NCBI GenBank assembly: GCA_963667175.2
Contig: CAXXXF010000005.1
Span: forward strand, 1 to 64,000
Length of the DNA: 64,000 nt
DNA from: Candidatus Latescibacterota bacterium
GTDB taxonomy: Bacteria; Latescibacterota; UBA2968; GCA-2709665
Direction: 5' to 3'
The notes under the pieces were generated by a model, which saw only the letters and a program-made list of their open reading frames with translations, was not told the DNA's origin and did not search any database. Of the stretch, positions 30,125-38,870 are shown in pieces. The position numbers were made by a program, and so were the translations under genes. Position 1 is the first letter of the stretch, and the number at the start of each line of letters is the position of its first letter.

Positions 30125-31090
30125 ATGCGTTTGTACTCAGCGTTCTGTCTGTTCATCATCACGCAAGGCATCACGGCCCCGGCCGCCAACGCACAAGGCG
30201 GCGTCAGCTGACGCCGCCCCGTGCTTCCGGGCGGAAGCCTGATGCAGAACAGCCTGGGCGTACAGGACCACCTGAAGCTCAGCGTTCACTACGACTACGA
30301 GTTCCTGTCCGACCCCCACTACGGGTCTCGCGCGATCCCGAACGTCAATCGCGAACGAACCGATAATGCCACGACCACCATCTTTGCCTCGTACGGTGTC
30401 ACCGGACGCATCGGTCTCGCGCTCGCCGTCCCTTTTCGTTCCGTGACCAACGAAAAGGTGCTGCTGCGCGGCCAGAACCGCAATCAGTATGAAGGGGGGA
30501 AGTATGTCCGGCATGCTTCCGGGCTGGGCGATATTGTGGTCATGTTAAATTACGCCGCCCCTCAAATCGCGGGCTTTCCCGGTATGAACGTCGGCGTTGG
30601 ATTGAAGCTGGCAAACGGATCCGTCAATGCAATAGACCAATACGGCGAACGTTTCTCCGACAATCTTCAGATCGGATCGGGAAGCGTGGATCCGATTCTC
30701 GCGTTCAGTGTGTATCATGGACTCGAGGACCTCACGGTCTCCGGGAGCGTCTTCACCCGCATCACCACACGGCAGAACATTTACGGCTACAAATACGGAA
30801 ACGAACTGCACGCAAGCCTGTCTCTGGAATACGCCGGCGGCGGCCGGTTCTTCGGCGGTTTGAGTCTGAAGAATCTGGTCACGTCAAGGGACCGATACCA
30901 GTTCGGCAAGATTACAAGGGAACGCGGCGGGAGGTGGACGTATCTTTCGCCGGAACTGGGGATCCATGTCCTGGACAATCTGAGCGTTGAATTTCACTTG
31001 CCCATCGTCTTATTTCAAAACGTGAACGAAAGCCAGTTGACGTCCGACTATCTGATTGAACTGAGCACGTCCTATGTCTTCTCGCTCTAG
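30125..31090 (+). CDS. Outer-membrane beta-barrel 'transporter' (MetA-pathway/phenol-degradation-like) with in-frame TGA, putative selenoprotein
   Basis: ATG 30125 (RBS GAGG) encodes signal peptide MRLYSAFCLFIITQGITAPAANA, then QGGVS-TGA(30209-30211)-RRP in frame with ORF 30221..31090. Barrel motifs SGLGD, GLKLANG, LQIGSGSVD, YKYGNE, YLSPELG, NVNESQL. Confidence 0.7.
30223..30238 (+). promoter_or_regulatory. Candidate bacterial SECIS element
   Basis: GCUUCC-GGGC-GGAAGC perfect 6-bp stem; the G-starting 4-nt loop begins 18 nt after the UGA. Confidence 0.55.
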
Positions 31091-32342
31091 TGTCCCGTCC
31101 CAAAAACACCTCAGCATTCGGCCGCCGATTCATTCCGTCTCGCAGCGTTGCCTTCGCTCGCCGACCCCGCCCGGGTCGCCTGCACTCAGGCGCCTTGCGA
31201 GCCTGGGGACTCGTCGGCCGAATTCAGGCAACCTATCTCCGGGACGGAACGCCTGGCGATCCGGCGTTCGCCTCATCGGAAAAACAAGCGGCCGGTTCGT
31301 CTTCTTTGCCCTGTCCATGTTTGTTCTTGTATCGGGTTGTTCGCTCTATTTCGACGACGAAGAGCCGGAGCAGTTTTACGAAATCGAAGATTTCGAGATC
31401 CTGAAACTCGGCGTGAATATTTCTGATATGGTCATGGACCCGATCCAGCCGTATCTGTACCTTGCCGACTACGGAAACAACCGGATACTGCGCATTCACA
31501 CCGGCAGGCAGATGGTGGTGGAAGGGAGCCTTCAGGTAGGTTCGCACCCCATCGACATCGACGTCACTCCGGACCAGCGCCGTCTGGTGGTGGGACTGAA
31601 CGGCGAATCGAACCTGAAAATAATCGACCTGAATGCGTTCGCCATCCTGAAGACCGTTCCGTTTTCGCTGAATGACATATCCCACGTCGTCTGCGGGACC
31701 GATTCGATTGTCTACGTGTCCTCGCTGGATGAACCGCTGCTGATTGCGGTATCCATTGCAGACAATCTGGAAACCAGCGGGAACGTGCGTTCGGGCGCAC
31801 TGCTGATGAACCACCGCGACCGTAAGCTTTTCGTTGCCGCCAGGAACAATGTCCTGAAATACGACGCCTCAGGGCATTTCCCAACGACAGAGACCACCTC
31901 AACCCGCTTCAGTTTCTCCGCCAGGATCAACGATTTCGTCATGGGACCTTCCAACGACCATCTCTTTCTTGGGCTGGCGGACCCGGACGATCGCGGCAAC
32001 GTCAAGGATCTGTGGGTATTCAGCGCCCGCGATCTGACGCTGACGGGCAAATACGAAATCAAGTCTCCCGCTCTGGGGCTTGCGTTGAGCCGCGACGGCC
32101 GACGTCTGTTCGTCGCGCCCACAGACGCCGATGAAGCAGGTGTGTTTATCGTTGAATTCAATACGCAGACAAAACTGGAGACGAACTATCTTCTCGCGGC
32201 CGGAAATCTCAAAGAACGCGGCATCGTCATCGATAACGACGATCGGAATCTTTACGTCGCGGTCTATACGCCCGGCGACGACGATACGTTCGAGCCCTAC
32301 AATGTCGACTCGTTCGATCTTCAGCGAATCAGAATCGACTGA
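31074..32342 (+). CDS. YncE-like beta-propeller lipoprotein (true start probably ~31270-31317)
   Basis: Lipobox-like KTSGRFVFFALSMFVLVSGC; propeller repeats YLYLADYGNNRILRI, VGSHPIDIDVTPDQRRLVV, GLALSRDGRRLFVA, GIVIDNDDRNLYVA. Confidence 0.7.
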   Translation: MSSRSSVPSQKHLSIRPPIHSVSQRCLRSPTPPGSPALRRLASLGTRRPNSGNLSPGRNAWRSGVRLIGKTSGRFVFFALSMFVLVSGCSLYFDDEEPEQFYEIEDFEILKLGVNISDMVMDPIQPYLYLADYGNNRILRIHTGRQMVVEGSLQVGSHPIDIDVTPDQRRLVVGLNGESNLKIIDLNAFAILKTVPFSLNDISHVVCGTDSIVYVSSLDEPLLIAVSIADNLETSGNVRSGALLMNHRDRKLFVAARNNVLKYDASGHFPTTETTSTRFSFSARINDFVMGPSNDHLFLGLADPDDRGNVKDLWVFSARDLTLTGKYEIKSPALGLALSRDGRRLFVAPTDADEAGVFIVEFNTQTKLETNYLLAAGNLKERGIVIDNDDRNLYVAVYTPGDDDTFEPYNVDSFDLQRIRID

Positions 32343-32393
32343 CGAACCCGCACCGCCCGGGCAATCCGTTGTTGCGGCCGTACGCAGAACGGT

Positions 32394-33122
32394 TTACGGT
32401 CGGACGCGTCCGCCCTGTATTTCGCGATAGGTTCTGCACAGACGGGAAACAGGACAAACGCCGCAGGAAGGGTTTCTGGCGGTACACACCGTCTTGCCGA
32501 AATCAACCATGTTCATGTGAAACGGCCTGGCCTGGCCCTCAGGGACCAGAGGCGCGAGTTCCGTGTGTGCTTTCTCGCGACCGCATCGCGCCGAGACTAC
32601 CCCAACCCGACGCAGAACGCGATACACGTGCGTATCCACCGCGCACAGGTCGCGGTCGAAGGCAAAGGCCAGCACAATGTAGGCCGTCTTGATCCCGATG
32701 CCTCGATGTTCCGTCAACAGGGTGACCGCGGCCCGGTTCGGCAGGTCCCTGAGAAAGTCCAGATTCAAGCTCCCCCGTTCTTGGTCCAACCAACATAGAA
32801 ACCCCTGCATATTCGGGGCCTTCGAATTCGCCAGGCCCGCCACGCGGATGGCGTCCTTCAGTGCCGTTGCGTCTGCTGCCATCACGTCACGCCAATCCGG
32901 AAACCGCGCACGCATCCTGTCGTACGCCCTGTCCCGGTTCTCGTCATTCGTGTTCTGGGACAGGATGGTCCGCATCAGCGCATCGAGGCCGTCCGGACGT
33001 ACGCGTTTGAGGTCCCGGGATGAGCCGCCGAACGTTTCATCGAGCACCCTGCACATTTCTGCAATCACTGCCACACGCGCCTGACGCGGCGGGCCTTTCC
33101 ACCACGCATCCAGAGCAATCAT
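32394..33122 (-). CDS. Endonuclease III-like HhH-GPD glycosylase
   Basis: ILSQNT, HhH RGIGIKTA, AVDTHVYRV, 4Fe-4S motif CTARNPSCGVCPVSRLC. Confidence 0.88.
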   Translation of the reverse strand: MIALDAWWKGPPRQARVAVIAEMCRVLDETFGGSSRDLKRVRPDGLDALMRTILSQNTNDENRDRAYDRMRARFPDWRDVMAADATALKDAIRVAGLANSKAPNMQGFLCWLDQERGSLNLDFLRDLPNRAAVTLLTEHRGIGIKTAYIVLAFAFDRDLCAVDTHVYRVLRRVGVVSARCGREKAHTELAPLVPEGQARPFHMNMVDFGKTVCTARNPSCGVCPVSRLCRTYREIQGGRVRP

Positions 33123-33439
33123 CGGCGACCTCTTCGAAATGCGGTCGGCCTCCGGCAGCCGATATCCAGGCGTTGACGGCGCCCGTCCGGCGTCAACGTC
33201 CGTTCACGCTTTTTCTGCCGCGGAATACCGAACCGTAATGCGAATTTCAATTTCGACAACCTGCGCCGGGGAAGTTCCCTTTCAGGCCGCGAGACTTGAC
33301 TTGCAACCCGTCGATACCGATATTTCGAATAGGCCAACACGGGAAAGTCGCCGATGACGGACATCATGCCAGTGTTTTAGGGACCGATCGTGTATGGCGA
33401 TTCTCCTTCCGATAGCGGCCTCTCACCGGGCATCCTTCT

Positions 33440-34789
33440 ATGCGCATCGACCTCCGGTTTCTGGATACGGGCAAGGCCATCCGGGACCCAATCTGGGGAC
33501 ACATCCACGTTCCCCACTATCTGGTTCCGCTCGTTGACGCCGAGGAATTCCAGCGCCTGCGCGACATCTCGCAACTTGGCCATGTACTTCTCGTGTATCC
33601 AGGGGCGCGCCACTCCCGGTTCGAACATTCTCTGGGTGTCTTTCATATCACAGGGCAGTTTCTGCGCCGGCTTGTCCTTGCGGACCCGCCCCTGGACGTC
33701 ACGACCGATGATGCACGCGTCTTGCTGGCGGCCAGCCTGCTGCACGACGTCGGACACTACCCGTTCTGCCACGTGCTCGAAGAAATGCAGATGTTCTTCT
33801 CCGATCACGAGGAGCGCGGACGGCAGATCATCCTCGACGCCTCTACGGAAGTCAACCGCGCCCTGAACCTGGCGGAGACGGACCCCCTTCGGGTGGCGAA
33901 CGTGATCGACTATCGCAACCAAAACGTATCCATCCCCGATGAGGACCTGCGCCTGGCGCACATTCTGAGCGGCACACTCGATCCGGACAAAATCGACTAC
34001 CTGCTGAGAGACGCGCGCTACTGCGGCGTGCCGTTCGGAGAATCCGTCAACCGCGACCGCCTGTTGGGCTCGATAACCTACGATCCGAAGGGACAGCGCC
34101 CTGCAATCACCTACAAGGGCGTCTCAGCGGTGGAAGCCCTTGTATTCACCAGCTATCTGATGTACCGAAACGTGTACTGGCACCACGCGGTGCGGTCTGC
34201 CAACGCAATGTTCAAACGTGGCGTCCAGGACCTGTTGCACCATGACGCGTCCAGCCTTGGCGAAGTAGACTTCAACCGGGCGACGGAAGCCGACCTGATT
34301 CATCGTCTGGAACTGGAAATGGACCGACTGGGCGTCGATCGACGAAACAGCATGATCGGGCGTCTGAAACGCCGAAAACTGCATAAGGTCGCCCGAGTCT
34401 TCTTCCCCCACGAGCGAGAAAAGGGACTGGCCCCCAAACTCGAAAGGTTGTATTACCATCCGACGGACAGGCGCATGCTCGAAATTGAACTGTGCAGGGC
34501 GTTCGGCACGAAGACCGGGCTCCCCCTCAACGGCGACGAAATCCTCATCGATATTCCCCGAATTGGCAAGAGCCCCGAAGTAAACCTGAACGTCTACTTC
34601 GGGTCCCACATCCCTGTCGACAAGGCCGACCCCCTCCAATTCGACGACCCGGAAGTATCCATGCTCAAGGAGTACTTGATCGGCAACTTTGAAACGCAGG
34701 CCAGGGTCGCACGTATCTTCTGCGTCGATAACCCGTTGCTGAGAGAGGCACTGAAGGCCGACGTAATCGACCACATCAAGGCTGCCTGA
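33440..34789 (+). CDS. HD-domain phosphohydrolase (YwfO/SAMHD1-like putative dNTPase)
   Basis: IRDPIWG, FQRLRDISQLG, HSRFEHSLGV, LLHDVGHYPFCH, DPDKIDYLLRD, MYRNVYWHH. Confidence 0.9.
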   Translation: MRIDLRFLDTGKAIRDPIWGHIHVPHYLVPLVDAEEFQRLRDISQLGHVLLVYPGARHSRFEHSLGVFHITGQFLRRLVLADPPLDVTTDDARVLLAASLLHDVGHYPFCHVLEEMQMFFSDHEERGRQIILDASTEVNRALNLAETDPLRVANVIDYRNQNVSIPDEDLRLAHILSGTLDPDKIDYLLRDARYCGVPFGESVNRDRLLGSITYDPKGQRPAITYKGVSAVEALVFTSYLMYRNVYWHHAVRSANAMFKRGVQDLLHHDASSLGEVDFNRATEADLIHRLELEMDRLGVDRRNSMIGRLKRRKLHKVARVFFPHEREKGLAPKLERLYYHPTDRRMLEIELCRAFGTKTGLPLNGDEILIDIPRIGKSPEVNLNVYFGSHIPVDKADPLQFDDPEVSMLKEYLIGNFETQARVARIFCVDNPLLREALKADVIDHIKAA

Positions 34790-34987
34790 CGAAGCAATTG
34801 AAGACCCGCTCCGAGACCCGCGGCGGCGTGCTCGATTGGCCCGTACGCTCGCGGGTACCGGATCCCCTGATGCGCAAGATCGGTCGAGTTTTGCCTTGAC
34901 ACAAACCGGTAAATGTTCTTACCTTTCGGTTTGTCATGCTTACAAACACTCTTTGGCACAAAAGCAACTGACGAAAGGCGCTTTCGC

Positions 34988-35962
34988 ATGTTGAAAAGAA
35001 ACCTGACGCTGATGGTCATACCGCACAATAGAGATCAGATGCGTCAAGTCAGGGCCTCGCGCCCCACCGTGTGGGGTATCGGGGCCGTATTGCTGTTCGG
35101 GAGTCTTACCCTCGCCGTCGTCTTCTATACGCTTGGGTATTTTGTGAATCACCAGCAGGAGAAAAGACTGCTGGCGCTGACGTCTGAAAACTCCGTACTC
35201 AAACAACAGGTCAACCGGTTGCAGCAGAGGGTGGAAGGTTTACGGGAAAACGTCAACGATCTCACGGAGATGGACCGCATGTTCCGGTCCTGGGTCAATC
35301 TGGCGGAACCGGGTGATGAGATGCGGAAAGTGGGCGTGGGCGGCAATTCCAATGGTGAACCGGAGTGGGAAGGCCGCGTGCCTCAGGAAATTGGCAACCG
35401 GCTTTCAAAGGCACACACCGACGTGGACCAGCTCTTGCGGGAAGCCCGTTTCCTCGAAGACAGTTACGAGCACATTGCCTCCATCCTCAATCGGAACGAA
35501 ATCGCCCGGCTGCATACCCCTTCCATTCTTCCTGTACCGCCTGAGTCTGGCTGCTGGATTTCATCGGGTTTTGGCTACCGCACGAATCCTTTTTCCGGCG
35601 CCAGGCAGTTTCATAAAGGCATCGACATCGCCGGGCGGTCCGGCACGAAGATTCTCGCCACCGCCAACGGCCGGGTGGAGTCAGTGGGCAAAGACAGGCA
35701 TCTGGGCTGGTACATTTCTCTCGATCACGACCCGTTTTACAGGACGTTGTACGCCCACTTGCAGGAAAAACCGTCGCTGGGAGCGGGCGAACTCGTCACA
35801 CGCGGCCAGGCGATTGGAAAAATGGGAAGATCCGGTCGCGCAACGGCGCCACATCTTCACTATGCCGTTACCAAGAGAGCCGGGGAGAAGGAAATCCTGG
35901 AAAATCCCCGCAAATACATCCACGAAAAGAACGGCCGTAGAAGCCGCCTGTCCCGTTTCTAA
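34988..35962 (+). CDS. M23 family peptidase
   Basis: TM + coiled coil; ISSGFGYR, HKGID, YAHL, HLHY. Confidence 0.9.
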   Translation: MLKRNLTLMVIPHNRDQMRQVRASRPTVWGIGAVLLFGSLTLAVVFYTLGYFVNHQQEKRLLALTSENSVLKQQVNRLQQRVEGLRENVNDLTEMDRMFRSWVNLAEPGDEMRKVGVGGNSNGEPEWEGRVPQEIGNRLSKAHTDVDQLLREARFLEDSYEHIASILNRNEIARLHTPSILPVPPESGCWISSGFGYRTNPFSGARQFHKGIDIAGRSGTKILATANGRVESVGKDRHLGWYISLDHDPFYRTLYAHLQEKPSLGAGELVTRGQAIGKMGRSGRATAPHLHYAVTKRAGEKEILENPRKYIHEKNGRRSRLSRF

Positions 35963-36039
35963 TGGTCTTTCCATAAATCAAGCCCCGGGAGGAAGGCGCA
36001 TCGACGATGCGCCCTTTTTCTTGTACGGCGTCGAATCCG

Positions 36040-37110
36040 CTACCGTCTGGTCCTGGCCAGCAAGCCAGCGCCCAGACACAAAAACAGGATATTGGCGGCC
36101 CAGGAGCTCCACAGCGGTGGGAGAATGCCGTTCCAGCCCATGACCCGACCGGCCTGAATGCACCCATAATAGACAAACGAAATCAGCAGGCAGAAACCCA
36201 CAAGAAGAGGCTTCCCCGCACGCTGGGTCCGGGACGAAAGGGAGATACCGAATAACGCCATTACGAAACCTGAGAACGGAAACGACAGGCGCATATGGCG
36301 CGCGACCTCTACCCGTATCGAGTCGTCGCCCATGCGTCGTTTGCGAAGAATGAACTCGCTAAGCTCGGAATAGCTGAGCTCATCCGCGGATCGAACTTCC
36401 CGCGCAAGGTCCTCGGGTCTCAGCGTGACACGCCGCGCTGGCATCTCCTGGAACCGGATCACATGTTCGGCGCCGTCCGCTGGAAACCGTCTCAATTCGC
36501 CCCTGAGAAACGTCCACCTATCGTTCTGCCACGTCATCTCCCCGGCACGCAGTTTTTCGACCAGACGCGTTCCGTCGTACCTGTCGAGCATCACTTCCGT
36601 TCCGCGCGCTTCATTGCGGAAGTAGGCGCCGACCGATAGGATTTGTCCGTCCACGTCCTGCAGGATAACCTGCGAGACCATGGGATTGAAGACGGCCTGA
36701 CGCCTGACTTGAGAAATGGACGCTCGTTTGCGGTTTGCGCCCGGCATCACCCGGTCGGTCAGGAAAAACGATACGGCACACACCAGAAAGGCCGCCGCAA
36801 GAACCGGCGCGGCAACACGGTAGAGAGATATACCGGCGGACTTCATTGCTGCGAGCTCACCGAAACGAGCGAGACCGCCAAAGCAAAAGAGACTCGCCAG
36901 CAACATCGCCATGGGCAACGTCAGAACTCCCATATATGGGATGGATAGCATATAGTACAAAAGGATCGTTCCACCGCCCACACCTCTGTCTATGAAGCCA
37001 CTGAGCCGTCCTGCCAGGTCCACAACAACGAATACGGCCAGGAATCCCGAAAAGCAAAGCGCCAGGTATACGAGGAACTGTCTGCTTACGTATCGACTCA
37101 GGATGCGCAC
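36040..37110 (-). CDS. lptG: LPS export permease LptG
   Basis: VRILSRYV..., LPMAMLLA...GELAAMKSAGISLYR, C-terminal PPLWSSWAANILF. Confidence 0.85.
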   Translation of the reverse strand: MRILSRYVSRQFLVYLALCFSGFLAVFVVVDLAGRLSGFIDRGVGGGTILLYYMLSIPYMGVLTLPMAMLLASLFCFGGLARFGELAAMKSAGISLYRVAAPVLAAAFLVCAVSFFLTDRVMPGANRKRASISQVRRQAVFNPMVSQVILQDVDGQILSVGAYFRNEARGTEVMLDRYDGTRLVEKLRAGEMTWQNDRWTFLRGELRRFPADGAEHVIRFQEMPARRVTLRPEDLAREVRSADELSYSELSEFILRKRRMGDDSIRVEVARHMRLSFPFSGFVMALFGISLSSRTQRAGKPLLVGFCLLISFVYYGCIQAGRVMGWNGILPPLWSSWAANILFLCLGAGLLARTRR

Positions 37111-38396
37111 GGCCTGCCTCTCCACACCCCGAAACGCCACTCGAGCAAGGCGCCCCACACGAGCCAGGAACCGCACGAGAGAACGATGAAGTTGGGACTC
37201 CACATGGCAACCCACGGCGCGACGTACCCGCGATCGGCGAGCGTTTCCCCGCTGATCAGACAGAGCCACCATAGGAGAAAAAACCCAATGCTGATTCCTG
37301 CGCCGACAGCGGGGCTGCTCCCACGTACCCGGATGCCGAGCGGGGCGCCAACCAAAATGAAGACAACGCAAGCAACGGGAATCGAGAGCTTCTTATGGAT
37401 CTCCACCCGGTACCGATCCGCCTGGCGGAGCTTGTGACGTCGAATCGCGGTTTCGGTACGGAAACGTGTGGCCAGGTCCGCCACGACACCGTAAGCCCTG
37501 CGTTCGGCCCCCGGCGCGAAAAGCAGGCGTTGCAGAGCCGAAGCCGCGCTGTCCGCAGTTTCGGTCTGCAGGGCCGACGCCTCCCGCTGATAGGCATTCA
37601 CCCTGTCCATCATTGCCCCCAGTCCCATCTCTCTGTCCGTCCGATACTGCGACATGGTGCGTATGAGTTGCCGCCCGGCTTCGCCGAGTCGCAGATTCTT
37701 CCTTTTGAAACTTGCCCGGAAATAGACGTCGGGATCTGACGCATCCACCCGATGCCACTCCCCGTTCTCCAGCGTCACCAGCGCTTCGTCGTTTTCGCCG
37801 TCAATTCGAATCCGGCCGGTTTCGGCCGCAATGGATACCGGAAATCCCCCTGCTTCGTACTTATATATCAGGACGTCCCTGAGTACCGAAGTCCGCCTGT
37901 CGATATCGCCTATCAGAATCCGGAAGTTGGCGAAATCATGGATGAAGACGCCGCTGCGGTCATCCAGGGCGACTGCGGGACGCTTGCGCTGAATATCCCC
38001 CATGAGCAGCCGCGCTCTATAGTTGAACTCGGGCAGTACCCGGTCATTGAAGGCAACCAGCCCGATCGAAAGCGCGACCCCTGCCATCAGCACCGGCCAG
38101 ATCACCCGGAAGACCCCGATACCGAGGGCTTGCATGGCGGAGATTTCACCGTCGGCGCCCAGTCGGCCAAAGGCCATCAGGGTGGCGACCAGAACCGCCA
38201 TTGGTACCGCCAGGGCGATCATCCATGCGGTATTCAGCAGGAACAACTCCAGAACCACGCCCGGCGCAATGCCCTTTCCCAGCATCAGATCCATCTTCTG
38301 AAGAATCAGATCGACGACCAGGAGAAACATGATAACCGAGAATGCGAAAACAAACGGCGTGACGTGCTCTTTAAGGACATATCTGGACAGCACCAT
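37098..38396 (-). CDS. lptF: LPS export permease LptF
   Basis: MVLSRYVLKE, PMAVLVATLMAFGRLGADGEISAMQALG, VEIHKKLSIP, AMWSPN. Confidence 0.88.
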   Translation of the reverse strand: MVLSRYVLKEHVTPFVFAFSVIMFLLVVDLILQKMDLMLGKGIAPGVVLELFLLNTAWMIALAVPMAVLVATLMAFGRLGADGEISAMQALGIGVFRVIWPVLMAGVALSIGLVAFNDRVLPEFNYRARLLMGDIQRKRPAVALDDRSGVFIHDFANFRILIGDIDRRTSVLRDVLIYKYEAGGFPVSIAAETGRIRIDGENDEALVTLENGEWHRVDASDPDVYFRASFKRKNLRLGEAGRQLIRTMSQYRTDREMGLGAMMDRVNAYQREASALQTETADSAASALQRLLFAPGAERRAYGVVADLATRFRTETAIRRHKLRQADRYRVEIHKKLSIPVACVVFILVGAPLGIRVRGSSPAVGAGISIGFFLLWWLCLISGETLADRGYVAPWVAMWSPNFIVLSCGSWLVWGALLEWRFGVWRGRPCAS

Positions 38397-38626
38397 GTCA
38401 CGTCTCCGGGGAACCGTGTGTTTTCAAAAGAGTTAAAGATACTGGCCCAAGAAGACGCAAGAATATACGGGAAATTTTCGCCGACGGTAGCCCTTTCTCG
38501 CCCCCTTACGCGTCCCGGATGTGGATTTTTCTATATAACTATTTGTTTATATTATTCTTATTCGCAATCTTCCCGGTTAGGGTTTTCCCTTGATCTTTAA
38601 CGCGGTGTTCGGTATTTTTAACCTGA

Positions 38627-38812
38627 CAGGCCGTTGATAAGGTCCATCCGGGCTGCGTCCGGTCCTTGTGACCGAAATACGGCGTCGCGCTCCCCGCATC
38701 TAAAGATTCGAGTCGGTCGCCTGCCTGTGCGTGTCCGCACGCAGACAGGCGCGCCTTGTCTCCGGCCACAACGACTCGACCTCGCCTGCTAAGCGACTTT
38801 TTCAACGGACTG
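38627..38812. mobile_element. MITE-like element with IS-type terminal inverted repeats and internal REP
   Basis: Left end CAGGCCGTTGATAAGGTC and right end GACTTTTTCAACGGACTG are imperfect inverted repeats. No ORF; internal palindrome 38719-38750. Confidence 0.55.
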
Positions 38813-38870
38813 CAGACTCTCTTCCACTTCGCCTGGACCCTTTCCCTTTCGAGAACTGTCCGAATCACGC

